Below are positions 46,874-57,797 of a stretch of DNA of 64,000 nucleotides, piece by piece. The position numbers were made by a program, and so were the translations under genes. This stretch comes from Patescibacteria group bacterium (GTDB lineage: Bacteria; Patescibacteriota; Minisyncoccia; UBA6257; Colwellbacteraceae), in NCBI GenBank assembly GCA_023380475.1, contig JAMCRD010000006.1:2546-66545 (forward strand), read 5' to 3'. Each line of letters begins with the position of its first letter. The stretch's first letter is position 1. The notes under the pieces were generated by a model, which saw nothing but the letters and a program-made list of their open reading frames with translations, was not told where the DNA came from and searched no databases.

Positions 46874-47629
46874 ATGAAGCGCGAACACAATAAAACATAT
46901 ATCTACGGCAAGCACGCCCTAGACGAGGCTATAGGCAACAAGCCGGACATAATCAGAAAAGTTTTCCTGTCTTCAGATATTGCGGACACCAAACTCAGGA
47001 ACACTCTTAAGGGGCTGAACATCCCGGTAGCAACTATAAAGAGCAAGGAGGCCGCTAGGATGGTGGGGCGAGACACACCATATCAAGGCGTTATCGCCAT
47101 AGTCGATTTGTGGCGCAACCTCATAGATTTTTCAGAGTTTATAGCAGAATTGAAGCCGTCTAATGATACGGCACTCGTTATTCTGGACGAGTTAACTGAT
47201 CCGCAGAACGTCGGAGCAATAATACGTTCCGCGGCAGCCTTTGGAATCAGCGGTGTCTTGATACCATCACATAACCAGGCACCAATAACCGGCGCCGTGG
47301 TTAAAGCCTCGGCCGGCATGGCTTTTCGAATACCACTTGTCTTAATGGGTAATATCAATTACTCCATAAGCCACTTAAAAGAAATGGGCTTCAAGGCATA
47401 CGGTTTAGTGATGGACGGCACGCATAATCTGCATAAAGAAACTTTTGACGCGCCGGCACTGTTTGTAATAGGCAACGAGGGCAGTGGCATACGCGAGAAG
47501 ACACTAGAGCTTTGCGATGTACCACTGCGCGTACCAATGAATCCGAGATGTGAATCACTCAACGCCGCAGCCTCAGCCGCTGTTGTGTTATACCAATGGA
47601 GCGCTGAACACAGCAGAGCACTAAAGTAA
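46874..47629 (+). CDS. TrmH/SpoU-family RNA 2'-O-methyltransferase (RlmB-like)
   Basis: N-terminal L30e-like substrate domain plus SPOUT motifs (LDELTDPQNVGAIIRSAAAFG, IGNEGSGIRE, SLNAAASAAV). Confidence 0.8.
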   Translation: MKREHNKTYIYGKHALDEAIGNKPDIIRKVFLSSDIADTKLRNTLKGLNIPVATIKSKEAARMVGRDTPYQGVIAIVDLWRNLIDFSEFIAELKPSNDTALVILDELTDPQNVGAIIRSAAAFGISGVLIPSHNQAPITGAVVKASAGMAFRIPLVLMGNINYSISHLKEMGFKAYGLVMDGTHNLHKETFDAPALFVIGNEGSGIREKTLELCDVPLRVPMNPRCESLNAAASAAVVLYQWSAEHSRALK

Positions 47630-47644
47630 GAAACTAATCTCGAT

Positions 47645-48505
47645 ATGGAGAACATTAACCTTACAACTGAACCATGGGAGGATTACGAACTACTTGACTC
47701 GGGCGATAACCGCAAGCTGGAACGGTACGGCTCCGCGATCCTTATACGTCCCGAGACACAGGCTATATGGCGGCGGAAGCAGCCCGACCTTTGGTCCAAG
47801 GCAGTCGCCGAGTTTATCTGGTCTGATGGCAAAGGCGCATGGCACAAGAAAGATCGTATCGCAGAGAAATGGGCACTCAAGTGGAGAGATGTCAGTTTCA
47901 GCGTGAGGCTAACTTCGTTCAAGCACACTGGTCTGTTCCCGGAGCAGGCCCCAAACTGGGAGTGGATAGATAAAAGTATCCGCACGAAAGATAAACCGAA
48001 CGTGCTGAACTTGTTTGGTTATACTGGCCTAGCTAGTATCGTCGCCGCTAAAGCGGGTGCAACAGTCACCCACCTCGACGCATCCAGACAAAGCAATTCG
48101 TGGGCTAAGGAAAATGCCATCGCCTCAGATGTTACCAAAGGCATAAGGTACATTCTTGATGATGCTATGAAGTTCGTTAAGCGAGAAGGTCGCCGTGGAG
48201 TTTCCTATGATGGAGTAATATTGGATCCTCCGGCTTTTGGCCGCGGTCCTAAAGGAGAAGTGTGGCGGATAGAGGAAGATTTACCCAAGTTGATGGACGA
48301 CCTCAAGGTGATTTTCTCCCACAAACCAGGATCGTTCCTGCTCTTGAACGGATATGCGGCAGGTTACACTCCCTTGTCTTTCGAACAATTAATTGACAGC
48401 TGCTTCGGCTCATCCACTGGTGAATTTGGTGAGCTGCGTTTGAAAGAGACGGATTCTAGTAGGTCTATATCGGAGGGTATTTATGTGCGCTTAGTAAGGA
48501 ACTAG
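47645..48505 (+). CDS. class I SAM-dependent methyltransferase (RlmI/YccW-like, no PUA domain)
   Basis: LNLFGYTGLASIVAA motif I, ILDPPAFGRG motif IV. Confidence 0.5.
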   Translation: MENINLTTEPWEDYELLDSGDNRKLERYGSAILIRPETQAIWRRKQPDLWSKAVAEFIWSDGKGAWHKKDRIAEKWALKWRDVSFSVRLTSFKHTGLFPEQAPNWEWIDKSIRTKDKPNVLNLFGYTGLASIVAAKAGATVTHLDASRQSNSWAKENAIASDVTKGIRYILDDAMKFVKREGRRGVSYDGVILDPPAFGRGPKGEVWRIEEDLPKLMDDLKVIFSHKPGSFLLLNGYAAGYTPLSFEQLIDSCFGSSTGEFGELRLKETDSSRSISEGIYVRLVRN

Positions 48506-48526
48506 CCCCACAGAAAGACCAGCCCA

Positions 48527-49708
48527 CTAATTGATCAGGAACTTGAAAAACCGGTGTTTTCCGATCTTCAAGAGGTCGCCGTTGTGTATCGTTATAGTTA
48601 TCGGTTGGGGTTGCAGTTTTTTATTGATCTCAATGGCGCCTTGTCCAATCAACCTCCTTGCTTCGCTTTTGCTCGCCACAGACCCAGACAACACTATTAC
48701 ATCAACCAAATAATTAACATATGTCCCGTTTACGTTATTCGATTTTATTTTTACTATTTGGGCATCGTCCGGTATCTCTTTTTGTGAAAACGTTCTAATG
48801 AAATTTTCTCTGGCCTTCACTGCTTTTACTTCGGAGTGGTAGGTTTTGACGATTTCTAAAGCGAGCGCAATTTTTGCATCCCGCGGATTATCTACGGCGG
48901 GAGGAGTAACGTTGGTAAGGAGGGTAAAATATTTTCCGATTAAGGTATCGGGTATGGACATTATTTTCCCAAACATATCGTCTGGCGTATCGTTGATACC
49001 GATATAGTTTCCAAAGCTCTTGCTCATTTTCCTTACACCGTCCGTCCCTTCAATGAGCGGCACCGTTAGAATGTCCTGGGGTGGCAAACCCATTCTTTCC
49101 ATGAGGGTGCGCCCGGTTAGCAAGTTAAATTTCTGATCAGTACCACCGATTTCCACATCGGATTTTATAACCACTGAATCGTAACCCTGTAAAATAGGGT
49201 AAAGCATTTCGTGCACCCGAAGCGATTTGCCACCTTCCAAGCGTTTCTTGAAATCCTCCCTTTCTAATATCTGCTGAACGCTTACCAGCGAAAGAAGTTT
49301 TGCCAACGTTCCTCCATTCAATTTTCTTAACCACTTGCTGTTATATACAATTTCTGCTTTTTTAAGATTCACTACTTTCCCCGCCTGTTCCAGATAGTGT
49401 TTCATGTTTAGCTTTACCTCCTTTTCGGTGAGGGACTTCCGTTCGGCTGACTGTCCCGAAGGATCGCCGATTTGAGCAGTAAAATCTCCGATGATGAGCA
49501 CAGCTTTGTGCCCTAGGTTTTGGAACTCGCGGAGTTTCAATAATGGTACAGTGTGGCCTAAGTGGATATCTGGTTTTGTCGGATCAATACCGAATTTCAC
49601 GCGCAACTTCTTATCTGAGCGCAAGGCCCTTTCTAGATGACCGCGGTCGATAATTTCTTCAACGCCGCGATTAAGCATCCTGTTAATTGCCACCTCCTTG
49701 TTTTCCAT
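48527..49708 (-). CDS. tyrS: tyrosine--tRNA ligase
   Basis: Class I HLGH (DIHLGHTVPL) and KMSKS (KMSKSFGN) motifs; C-terminal S4-like RNA-binding domain. Confidence 0.9.
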   Translation of the reverse strand: MENKEVAINRMLNRGVEEIIDRGHLERALRSDKKLRVKFGIDPTKPDIHLGHTVPLLKLREFQNLGHKAVLIIGDFTAQIGDPSGQSAERKSLTEKEVKLNMKHYLEQAGKVVNLKKAEIVYNSKWLRKLNGGTLAKLLSLVSVQQILEREDFKKRLEGGKSLRVHEMLYPILQGYDSVVIKSDVEIGGTDQKFNLLTGRTLMERMGLPPQDILTVPLIEGTDGVRKMSKSFGNYIGINDTPDDMFGKIMSIPDTLIGKYFTLLTNVTPPAVDNPRDAKIALALEIVKTYHSEVKAVKARENFIRTFSQKEIPDDAQIVKIKSNNVNGTYVNYLVDVIVLSGSVASKSEARRLIGQGAIEINKKLQPQPITITIHNGDLLKIGKHRFFKFLIN

Positions 49709-49736
49709 ATCGCTTCAATTCTAACAGGATTGGGGC

Positions 49737-49772
49737 ACAAAAAAAACGCCCCTTGCGGGGCGTTCCTTTTAT
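49737..49772 (-). terminator. rho-independent terminator after clpP
   Basis: Minus-strand RNA AACGCCCC-GCAA-GGGGCGUU followed by UUUUUUUGU. Confidence 0.6.
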
Positions 49773-50401
49773 TTCCTTGTTTTGATCACCTCATCAATAA
49801 CACCATATTCCTTAGCTTCTTCAGCTGAAAGCCAGAAATTGCGATCGGTGTCTTTGGTCACCTGCGCCAGCGGCTTGCTGGTATGTTTAGCCAAAATCTC
49901 GTTAACTTTCTCCTTTATCCGCATTATCTGCCTAGCTTCAATTTCTATATCGCTGGCCTGCCCTTCAACGCCACCCATAACCTGATGCAGGAGTATTTCC
50001 GAGTTAGGCAAGGCGGAACGCTTGCCCTTCTTGCCAGCGGCTAAAAGAAATGCAGACATAGAAGCTGCCATCCCAACACAAGTCGTGCGGACATCCGGCT
50101 TCACGTACTGCATGGTGTCATATATGGCTAGGCCGGCGGTTACCATCCCACCCGGCGAATTTATGTACAACTCAATGTCCTTCTTCGGATCCTGGCTTTC
50201 CAGGAAAAGCATCTGAGCTATAACGGCATTGGCCACCTGATCGTTTATCGGGCCGCTAAGGAAAATAATTCTGTCCTTAAGCAGGCGCGAGTAAATGTCG
50301 TAAGCCCGTTCACCGTATGCCGATTTTTCAATGACTGTCGGGATTAAGTACTGCGATTGTTCCTCTTCGCCGAACAACGGCTTGTTAGATTTGTTCATCA
50401 T
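49769..50401 (-). CDS. clpP: ATP-dependent Clp protease proteolytic subunit
   Basis: 210 aa; catalytic Ser region [14 protein letters not shown] and His region; typical ClpP size. Confidence 0.9.
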   Translation of the reverse strand: MMNKSNKPLFGEEEQSQYLIPTVIEKSAYGERAYDIYSRLLKDRIIFLSGPINDQVANAVIAQMLFLESQDPKKDIELYINSPGGMVTAGLAIYDTMQYVKPDVRTTCVGMAASMSAFLLAAGKKGKRSALPNSEILLHQVMGGVEGQASDIEIEARQIMRIKEKVNEILAKHTSKPLAQVTKDTDRNFWLSAEEAKEYGVIDEVIKTRK

Positions 50402-50431
50402 CTCGCTGATTATAGTACGAATATTTTGAGA

Positions 50432-52393
50432 CTAGTGCAAGAACTTAACAATCAAGAGAGCGATGATGTTGACTACCTTAATCAGTGGGTTGATAGCCGG
50501 GCCAGCAGTGTCTTTGTAGGGGTCGCCCACCGTATCCCCTGTCACAGCCGCCTTGTGTGCTTCAGAGCCCTTGCCTCCAAAGTGGCCACCTTCAATGTAT
50601 TTCTTAGCGTTATCCCAGGCAGCCCCACCAGCTGTCATCGACAATGCCATAAACAGGCCGCCGACAATTACGCCGGTCAAAAGGCCGCCCAATGCTTCGG
50701 CTCCTAGGATAAACCCGACCAGCAATACCCCTACTATCGGTATGAGCGCAGGGATAATCATCTCTTTGATTGCCGCTTTAGTGACGATATCGACTGCCCG
50801 GCCATATTCCGGTTTGGCCGTGCCAGCCATCAAACCCTTAATCTCGCGGAACTGGCGACGAATTTCATCAACCACAGCTCCGGCCGCTCGGCCGACTGAA
50901 CGCAGAATCAAAGCTCCGAAGAAGTAGACCATGGCAGCACCAAGCACTAGTCCCACGATGACACGCGGATCGCTCAAGCTGAATAAAACATTCTTGGTTT
51001 CGCCGGCGTAGCCTGAAAACAGAACTACAGCCGCCAGGCCTGCCGAGGCGATAGCGTATCCCTTGGTTACCGCCTTGGTGGTATTGCCCACAGCATCAAG
51101 TGAGTCGGTAATTTCACGCACCTGCTCCGGCTGTTTGGTCATTTCAGCAATGCCGCCGGCATTATCCGTGATTGGTCCAAAGGAGTCGATAGAAACGATG
51201 ATACCGGCGACGGAGAGCATCGCCACTGAGGCAATGGCCACACCATACATGCCAGCCAAAGCAAAACTACCCAATATACCCAACACAATTACAATAGCCG
51301 GCAGTAAGGTGGATTCCATGCCAACCGATAAGCCGATGATAACGTTCGTGCCGTGGCCGAACTTAGAAGCCTCAGCGACCGACTGTACTGGACGAAATCT
51401 CTTCGCGGTGTAGTAGTCAGTGATTACAACCATCAAACCCGTAACGGCCAGTCCAATAAGCGCTGACAAGAATATGTTCAAGTAGCTGGCACCAAAGACA
51501 TAACTGGAGACGAAATAGAAACCTATAGCGGCTAAGATGAGTGAAGCTACCAATCCTTTATAGAGCGCCCCCATTATCGAGTTGTTATCACTGAGGCGCA
51601 CAAAGAACGTCCCTAAAATCGAGGCAATTATCGAAACACCACCCAAGAGCAGTGGGAAGGTAATTGAACCAGACAATCCCAATGTCAGTGAGCCCAACAA
51701 AATGCCTGCAGTCAGAGTAACGGCATAAGTTTCGAAGAGATCGGCGGCCATGCCGGCGCAGTCACCAACATTATCGCCCACATTGTCGGCAATCACTCCC
51801 GGATTGCGTGGGTCATCTTCAGGTATCCCAGCTTCTACCTTGCCAACTAAATCCGTACCAACGTCGGCTGCCTTAGTATAAATACCGCCACCCAAGCGGG
51901 CGAAGATTGAGATAAGGCTGGCGCCGAAACCTAAACCAACCAGCGTCTGGATGTTGCCGTTAAACACAAGGTAAGCGCCAGAAACGACCAACAGTCCCAA
52001 CGCTGTAACCAGGAGACCGGTCACAGATCCGGCGCGGAAAGCCAGCGAAAGAGCTGGAAACAGCCCTCTTTTAGCTGCCTCGGTAGTCTTAGAGTTGGAA
52101 CGCACCGCAACGTTCATGCCGATATAACCCGTAAGGGCTGAGGTCGCCCCGCCGACCAAAAAAGCTATAGCTGTCGGCCAGCCTAGGGTCAACCAAATCA
52201 CTGCAGCCAGCACTATCGCCACCGCGGCGACAGCTTTGTACTGGCGATTTAGATAGGCCATCGATCCCTCATGGATCGCCTTAGAAATCTCAACCATATC
52301 AGCGCTGCCTGATGGTTGTCGCTTTAGCCACACTGCAAGGGCCACGCTGTATATTATGGCCAAGGCAATCGGAACAAAGATTATATATAACAT
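50432..52393 (-). CDS. hppA: membrane-bound proton-translocating pyrophosphatase
   Basis: 653 aa, about 15 TM helices; signature [22 protein letters not shown] and [20 protein letters not shown]. Confidence 0.9.
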   Translation of the reverse strand: MLYIIFVPIALAIIYSVALAVWLKRQPSGSADMVEISKAIHEGSMAYLNRQYKAVAAVAIVLAAVIWLTLGWPTAIAFLVGGATSALTGYIGMNVAVRSNSKTTEAAKRGLFPALSLAFRAGSVTGLLVTALGLLVVSGAYLVFNGNIQTLVGLGFGASLISIFARLGGGIYTKAADVGTDLVGKVEAGIPEDDPRNPGVIADNVGDNVGDCAGMAADLFETYAVTLTAGILLGSLTLGLSGSITFPLLLGGVSIIASILGTFFVRLSDNNSIMGALYKGLVASLILAAIGFYFVSSYVFGASYLNIFLSALIGLAVTGLMVVITDYYTAKRFRPVQSVAEASKFGHGTNVIIGLSVGMESTLLPAIVIVLGILGSFALAGMYGVAIASVAMLSVAGIIVSIDSFGPITDNAGGIAEMTKQPEQVREITDSLDAVGNTTKAVTKGYAIASAGLAAVVLFSGYAGETKNVLFSLSDPRVIVGLVLGAAMVYFFGALILRSVGRAAGAVVDEIRRQFREIKGLMAGTAKPEYGRAVDIVTKAAIKEMIIPALIPIVGVLLVGFILGAEALGGLLTGVIVGGLFMALSMTAGGAAWDNAKKYIEGGHFGGKGSEAHKAAVTGDTVGDPYKDTAGPAINPLIKVVNIIALLIVKFLH

Positions 52394-52417
52394 TCGTTAG
52401 TTATTTTTGGTTTGTAT

Positions 52418-53683
52418 TTAATCGTCGTCGTCTTCTTTATGGTAAATTGGTCTAACTCCCCCTTCCACCGTGGAATTGCCGGCCGGGTCACCTTCTGGAT
52501 GCTCTTCATTTTCCAGATCGACTGCGGCGGCTACGCCTCCTTCCTGAACTTCGTTGGGCTTGGACAACGGACGGACATCTATCTTCCACCCAGTAAGTTT
52601 GGCTGCCAGACGTACATTCTGGCCGCCCTTGCCAATAGCCAGACTCAGCTGGTCGTCTTGGACCATAACCCGGGCTTCCCGGTCGCTCAACAGCTCGACG
52701 GCCTTAACGTCCGCAGGAGCCAGGGCATTGGCTATAAGTTCATCGGCTTTCTCCGACCACTGGACTATATCTATTTTCTCCGAACCCAGCTCATTGGTAA
52801 CCGTCATGACCCTTGTACCACGCTGGCCTACACAGGAGCCAACTGCATCGATGCCAGGAGCATTGGAAGCGACGGCAATCTTTGTCCTCGAGCCGGCTTC
52901 TCTAGCTATGACTTTCACCGCCACTGTGCCATCAGCTATTTCCGGCACCTCTGACTCAAAAAGTTTGACCACAAAATTCGGGTTGTTCCTGGACAACAGA
53001 ATGTTTGGGACGCGGCTCTTCGGATCGTCGGACACGGCTAGAATGTAGAAACGCATCCTCTCGCCGACCGTGTAGTGCTCGCCGGATACAGTCTCGCCTC
53101 GCGGCATCATGGCTTGGGCACGACCCAAGTCGACGTTAACGCTACCCCGATCAAAACGCTGGACGATGCCGCTTATAATTTGTCCTTCCTTGCCCTTATA
53201 CTCACTGATAACCGACTCGCGTTCGGCTTGGCGGAGCATCTGGATGATGCGCTGCTTGGCAGCCTGAGTGGCAATCCTCCCGAATTCAGATGACGGCGGT
53301 AAGGGGAATTCCAACTCATCGCCAACTTTGGCGTCGGGTTTGACTTGCTTAGCCTCATCAAGCAGCAGATGCCGCTCGGGGTTAAAGCGCGGCAAGCGCG
53401 GTTCCTCACCCTCCTCGGCTGCGACTGCCGCAATAGCTTCTTCCTCTTCAGCTCCTTCGGCCATATTCACAGTTGTCTCATCAACAACTTCTTTGATGCG
53501 GGTAAAAGTTACGTCCCCTGTTTTTGGATCGAGTTTCGCTCTGATAATGGCGCCTTTGTCACCCTCCTCTTTTTTATAAGCGGCGGCTAAAGCTCCTTCT
53601 ATGGCCTCGTAGACTTTAGCCACATCGATGCCTTTATCTTTGGCTATCTGCTCCGCTGCTTGGATTACTGATTTTAGATTCAT
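52418..53683 (-). CDS. nusA: transcription termination/antitermination factor NusA
   Basis: N-terminal NusA domain, S1 domain, two KH domains (GKGGQNVRLAAKLTG). Confidence 0.9.
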   Translation of the reverse strand: MNLKSVIQAAEQIAKDKGIDVAKVYEAIEGALAAAYKKEEGDKGAIIRAKLDPKTGDVTFTRIKEVVDETTVNMAEGAEEEEAIAAVAAEEGEEPRLPRFNPERHLLLDEAKQVKPDAKVGDELEFPLPPSSEFGRIATQAAKQRIIQMLRQAERESVISEYKGKEGQIISGIVQRFDRGSVNVDLGRAQAMMPRGETVSGEHYTVGERMRFYILAVSDDPKSRVPNILLSRNNPNFVVKLFESEVPEIADGTVAVKVIAREAGSRTKIAVASNAPGIDAVGSCVGQRGTRVMTVTNELGSEKIDIVQWSEKADELIANALAPADVKAVELLSDREARVMVQDDQLSLAIGKGGQNVRLAAKLTGWKIDVRPLSKPNEVQEGGVAAAVDLENEEHPEGDPAGNSTVEGGVRPIYHKEDDDD

Positions 53684-53787
53684 TTTTTATTTATTTTTCC
53701 GGGCCTTTATGACGAAAGGCCCGTATTTAACGGACCTTCCATATCAAACCTATTATATAACCTCGATACTGGATATCAAGCCTGACC

Positions 53788-55068
53788 CTATAGATGCTGG
53801 TCGGCAGCGATTATCCCTTGATAAGAAGTGCTGACTACCAGATAACCCTTGAACCAGCCGTACTCCAGCGCTGCCCCCTTCTTGCTGAAAGCTAGGTACC
53901 TGACCGGCGTACTGTCAGGCAGAGACCCGTTACTGAAAGATCCCGAAGCGGTCCCCGGCGATGACTGGAAGAATGAAGGGGCGCTGGCCTCAATAACCGG
54001 GTCTAAAGTTGAAGTGGCTGTGGCTAGATTGGCCCCTGAGGTCAGCTTAAAGATGTAACCCGGCCAGGCACCAGACTTATTGTAGTAAACAAAACCAGTC
54101 ACATCCTGGTCGAACGTGCTAGCTAAGAAACTCTGCGCAGCGTTCGGCAGAATAGTGCCCAAGACGGACTGCGCGGAGACGGGCGTGCTGCTGGTAGTAC
54201 TTAAACTCGCGGCATTAACAAAAACCAGTTCCTCAAACGTCCCAGCCGCTGCGGAGCTAGCTGTTGAAGAAGCTATATCAGCTTGCAAGGCCGCTAGGCT
54301 AAGCGGTGTCGACAAAGTAACAGTGGTCGAAGCAGAGGCTGGAGATTTTAAGAAGCTCTGATGGATAAGCGTAACGGCTGTGGAAGTCGGAGCGGCAGTG
54401 GATGTCGTAGTTGTGGTAGCAACTGGAGCCGGAGTAGGTACCGCTGCCGGCGCTGCCGGGGCAGAAGAGCTTTGCAAACTAGGCAGAACGAAGAATTGTA
54501 TAACTACCCACGCCAATATCAACACGACTAAGACGCCGACCAATATCCAAATCTTGTGGCCTGATTTCTTGGGGCCGACAACCTTAACTTTTGGGGCCAC
54601 GGGCGATGTAACCGACGGCGGCACTTGAGAGGCTGCTGGGCCGATGGGTTTATTAAACAGTTCTTCTGGCTTGAAAGTTTGTGGTGTTACACCCATACCA
54701 CCAGAGGACCGCATCGATTCAAGATCGCTCTGCATTGTACGAATGCCTATTTCTGGCGGAGGAGGTGGGGGGACACTACCGGCAACTGGAGGAGGCGGAG
54801 TACTTGGCATAACCGGAGGTGGAGTTGGAATTGGAGGAGGTGTCGGTGTTGGGGGTGGTGTCGGTGTTGGAATAGGAGTTGGTGCAGGAATAGGTGTTGG
54901 GGCCAGAGGAGGCGTCGGCGGGATAGACCGTGGACTGGGAATGGGTTCCTGAGCCGGCGTAAAGTTCGGCACCAAAGGCGGATTAGGATTGTTTTGCTCG
55001 CCCCCATTCGCATTGCCCGGAAAAGGTGCTGGAGACGGCACACCTCCTAGGTTTTTATTTTCATCCAT
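53788..55068 (-). CDS. proline/threonine-rich single-pass membrane protein
   Basis: Cytoplasmic N-terminus with (P-T-P-x) repeats, one TM (IWILVGVLVVLILAWVVIQFFVL), Ser/Thr/Ala-rich exterior domain. Confidence 0.5.
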   Translation of the reverse strand: MDENKNLGGVPSPAPFPGNANGGEQNNPNPPLVPNFTPAQEPIPSPRSIPPTPPLAPTPIPAPTPIPTPTPPPTPTPPPIPTPPPVMPSTPPPPVAGSVPPPPPPEIGIRTMQSDLESMRSSGGMGVTPQTFKPEELFNKPIGPAASQVPPSVTSPVAPKVKVVGPKKSGHKIWILVGVLVVLILAWVVIQFFVLPSLQSSSAPAAPAAVPTPAPVATTTTTSTAAPTSTAVTLIHQSFLKSPASASTTVTLSTPLSLAALQADIASSTASSAAAGTFEELVFVNAASLSTTSSTPVSAQSVLGTILPNAAQSFLASTFDQDVTGFVYYNKSGAWPGYIFKLTSGANLATATSTLDPVIEASAPSFFQSSPGTASGSFSNGSLPDSTPVRYLAFSKKGAALEYGWFKGYLVVSTSYQGIIAADQHL

Positions 55069-55128
55069 GCCTAAAGTATAGCACTTAACGTGCTGTTAAA
55101 TTATCAAACAAGTTGTGGATTAAACCAG

Positions 55129-57249
55129 CTAGCTACGATTGTCTGGAGATTCACCCAGCTGCTTTATAGATAAACCGATTTTGCCGTTTTCGATTTTGAT
55201 TACCTTAGCCCGCACATGGTCGCCGAGTTTCAACACGTCGCTGACATTCTTAACAAACCCGTTCTTTATTTCAGAGACATGAACCATACCGTCCCTACCT
55301 CCACCCAAATCGACTATGGCTCCAAAATCCAGCAGACGTATTACATCGCCTTCAACTATCTCTCCCACTTTGAACTCACGCATCATAGATCTTATTTCGG
55401 CAACTGCCTTTTCAGCGGCTTCGGGTAGAACTGATGACACAAATACCTTGCCGTCCTGCTCTATATCTATAGCGGTAACGCCAGTTGAAGCAATAAGCCC
55501 ATTTATAACTTTACCGCCAGGGCCGACCAATTCGCCGATTCTGGATGGGTCTATTTCTACTGTGAGTACACGTGGCGCCAGCCTAGACAACTCGGGCCTA
55601 GGCCTACTCAGAACTTTGTCGGTCACATCAAGTATCTCCAGTCGTGCTTTCCTGGCCTGCCCTAAAGCATCCTGCAATATTTGCAGGCTAACGCCGTAGA
55701 CTTTTATGTCCATCTGCAAGGCATTAACTCCTTCGCGGGTACCAGCAACTTTAAAATCCATGTCGCCATGATGATCCTCCGGCCCTTGGATGTCGGTGAG
55801 TACTTTGTAATTGCCCTTCTCATCGCTCATAAGACCCATGGCTATGCCTGCGGCCGGCTTCTTGATAGGAACTCCGGCATCCATCAGAGCCAGACTCGAA
55901 GCACAAACTGTAGCCATTGAGGAAGAGCCGTTGGACGAAAGTATTTCTGACACCACTCTAATTGTGTAGGGGAAATTCTCCTTTGGCGGGATCAGAGGAC
56001 GTATCGCTTTTTCGGCTAGCTTGCCATGGCCAATCTCGCGGCGGCCAGGGGCGCCGACGCGTCCGGTTTCGCCGACCGAAAAAGGCGGGAAGTTGTAGTG
56101 GAGCATAAACCGCCGCTTGGTCGATCCTTCCATAGACTCGACCAGTTGTTCGGAACCTGGTGGCGCGATAGTTACCGCAGCGAGGGCTTGGGTATTACCG
56201 CGAATAAATACAGCTGAACCATGAGTGCGATGCAGCACGCCAACCTCGGCATATAAGTCTCTAATTTGATCCAAGTGTCTGCCATCCGGACGCTGGCCGG
56301 CCGTCAGGACTTTTTGGTGCACCAGCTCATTAATCTCTTCGTCCAAAAGATGTGCCGCCGATTCAAAGTCCTTGTCAGCATATCCTTTGTCCTCCAGATA
56401 CTTAGACATGTCGGCTGTGAGATCACGCAGGTTTTGATCGCGTTTGGTTTTGTCATGCTCGTAGACCGCACCTTCGAGTTTAGGTTTCAAAAAACCCAGG
56501 ACGTCGGCTTTAAGTTTATTATCCGGTTCCCATAGCTTAACTGTTTCTTTCTCTTGGCCAATCTCCTTGATTATTTTCTGCTGGAAGGTGTTGAGCTTGT
56601 CGATCTCCTCCACCGCGATGCCAAAAGCTTTCATAATGTCGTTTTCCTGGGCATCATCGCCGGACAGTTCAATCATGTTGACGGCTTTATTGCCTGCTCC
56701 AGCGACGAAGGTTTCTAATTCGATCGGGTTATTGGCCAGTTCGCTGATCAGTGGATTGATTTTAAAGTCGCCCCCAATCTTAGCAACGCGCAAACCTGAT
56801 ACCGGACCGGCGAATGGTATATTCGATATACCTAGAGCAGTAGAAACGGCGGTCAAAGCGACTAAATCCGGATCATTTTCCTCGTCATACGAAACCACGG
56901 TAATCACCACCTGGATCTCGCGGCGGATGCGCTGATCAAATAACGGCCTTATCGCCCGATCGACAATCCGGCCAGAGAGAATTGATTCATCTGAAGGCCG
57001 CCCTTCGCGCCTGACAAAACGGCTGCCGATAATCTTGCCAGCAGCGTAAAAACGTTCCTCGTAGTCTACGGAAAGCGGCAAATAATCGACTCCCTTGTCT
57101 TCCTTACCCATGACCACCGTGGCTAAAATCGTCGTTTCGCCGTAATTAGCCATAACGGCACCGTTGGCTTGTTCGGCTAAGCGAGATACCTCAATGGTCA
57201 GTGGCCTACCAGCAACATCGATTGAAAAAGTTTTTCGATCAAGATTCAT
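55129..57249 (-). CDS. pnp: polyribonucleotide nucleotidyltransferase (PNPase)
   Basis: 706 aa; two RNase PH domains, KH and C-terminal S1 domain. Confidence 0.95.
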   Translation of the reverse strand: MNLDRKTFSIDVAGRPLTIEVSRLAEQANGAVMANYGETTILATVVMGKEDKGVDYLPLSVDYEERFYAAGKIIGSRFVRREGRPSDESILSGRIVDRAIRPLFDQRIRREIQVVITVVSYDEENDPDLVALTAVSTALGISNIPFAGPVSGLRVAKIGGDFKINPLISELANNPIELETFVAGAGNKAVNMIELSGDDAQENDIMKAFGIAVEEIDKLNTFQQKIIKEIGQEKETVKLWEPDNKLKADVLGFLKPKLEGAVYEHDKTKRDQNLRDLTADMSKYLEDKGYADKDFESAAHLLDEEINELVHQKVLTAGQRPDGRHLDQIRDLYAEVGVLHRTHGSAVFIRGNTQALAAVTIAPPGSEQLVESMEGSTKRRFMLHYNFPPFSVGETGRVGAPGRREIGHGKLAEKAIRPLIPPKENFPYTIRVVSEILSSNGSSSMATVCASSLALMDAGVPIKKPAAGIAMGLMSDEKGNYKVLTDIQGPEDHHGDMDFKVAGTREGVNALQMDIKVYGVSLQILQDALGQARKARLEILDVTDKVLSRPRPELSRLAPRVLTVEIDPSRIGELVGPGGKVINGLIASTGVTAIDIEQDGKVFVSSVLPEAAEKAVAEIRSMMREFKVGEIVEGDVIRLLDFGAIVDLGGGRDGMVHVSEIKNGFVKNVSDVLKLGDHVRAKVIKIENGKIGLSIKQLGESPDNRS

Positions 57250-57266
57250 TTATTTATATGAGTTTT

Positions 57267-57797
57267 CTAGGCGGGACGGCGGCTGCGGCGGAGAGACTTA
57301 AATATCACCCGTGGCATCTTCTCTATGTCATGAAAGGCGTCAGCTGATTCGCGTAATTTGGAGGAGGTGGTCCGTCCGAAGGCTGCAACCTCTACATTCC
57401 TTCCCAAACCCCACTTCAAATATTCCACCAATGGTACAAAATCGCCGTCGCCGGTGACCAATATAATCGCGTCCACCATGTCCGCCATTCTTATAGCATC
57501 AACTGCCATGCCAACATCCCAGTCAGCCTTCTTACTGCCGTCGGCCCAGACTTGAATATCTTTAGATCTGAGCTCGATGCCGGCCTTCTCCAGAGCCTCA
57601 AAGAAACTTTCCTCGCCAGTAGAGGGATCACTTTTGACAACGTAAGCTATGGCTCTCACCAGGCGACGATCGCCGGTAAGCTGCCGCATCAGCTCGGTAT
57701 AATTAACCCTGCCGCCATACAAATTCTTAGCAGAGTGATATAGATTCTGTATATCTATGAAAATTCCAAGACGCTGGTCTTTTTGGGGGGCCGCCAT
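57267..57797 (-). CDS. NYN/LabA-like domain protein (predicted nuclease)
   Basis: LGIFIDIQNLYHS...VGMAVDAIRMADMVDAIILVTGDGDFVPLVEYL matches LabA/NYN (DUF88) acidic-residue pattern; wedged between rpsO and pnp. Confidence 0.65.
   Translation of the reverse strand: MAAPQKDQRLGIFIDIQNLYHSAKNLYGGRVNYTELMRQLTGDRRLVRAIAYVVKSDPSTGEESFFEALEKAGIELRSKDIQVWADGSKKADWDVGMAVDAIRMADMVDAIILVTGDGDFVPLVEYLKWGLGRNVEVAAFGRTTSSKLRESADAFHDIEKMPRVIFKSLRRSRRPA

Noticed and set aside
53690-53740. Hairpin GGGCCTTT-atgacga-AAAGGCCC between nusA and the Pro-rich gene as a terminator
   Set aside because: The T-tract is on the wrong side for the plus strand and A-rich for the minus strand, so it is probably just a structured element.
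54625-55050. Trp/Arg/Cys-rich and Gly-rich ORFs (54625-55050, 54644-54952, 54747-55043)
   Set aside because: Low-complexity translations of the opposite strand and alternate frames of the Pro/Thr repeat tract in 53788-55068.
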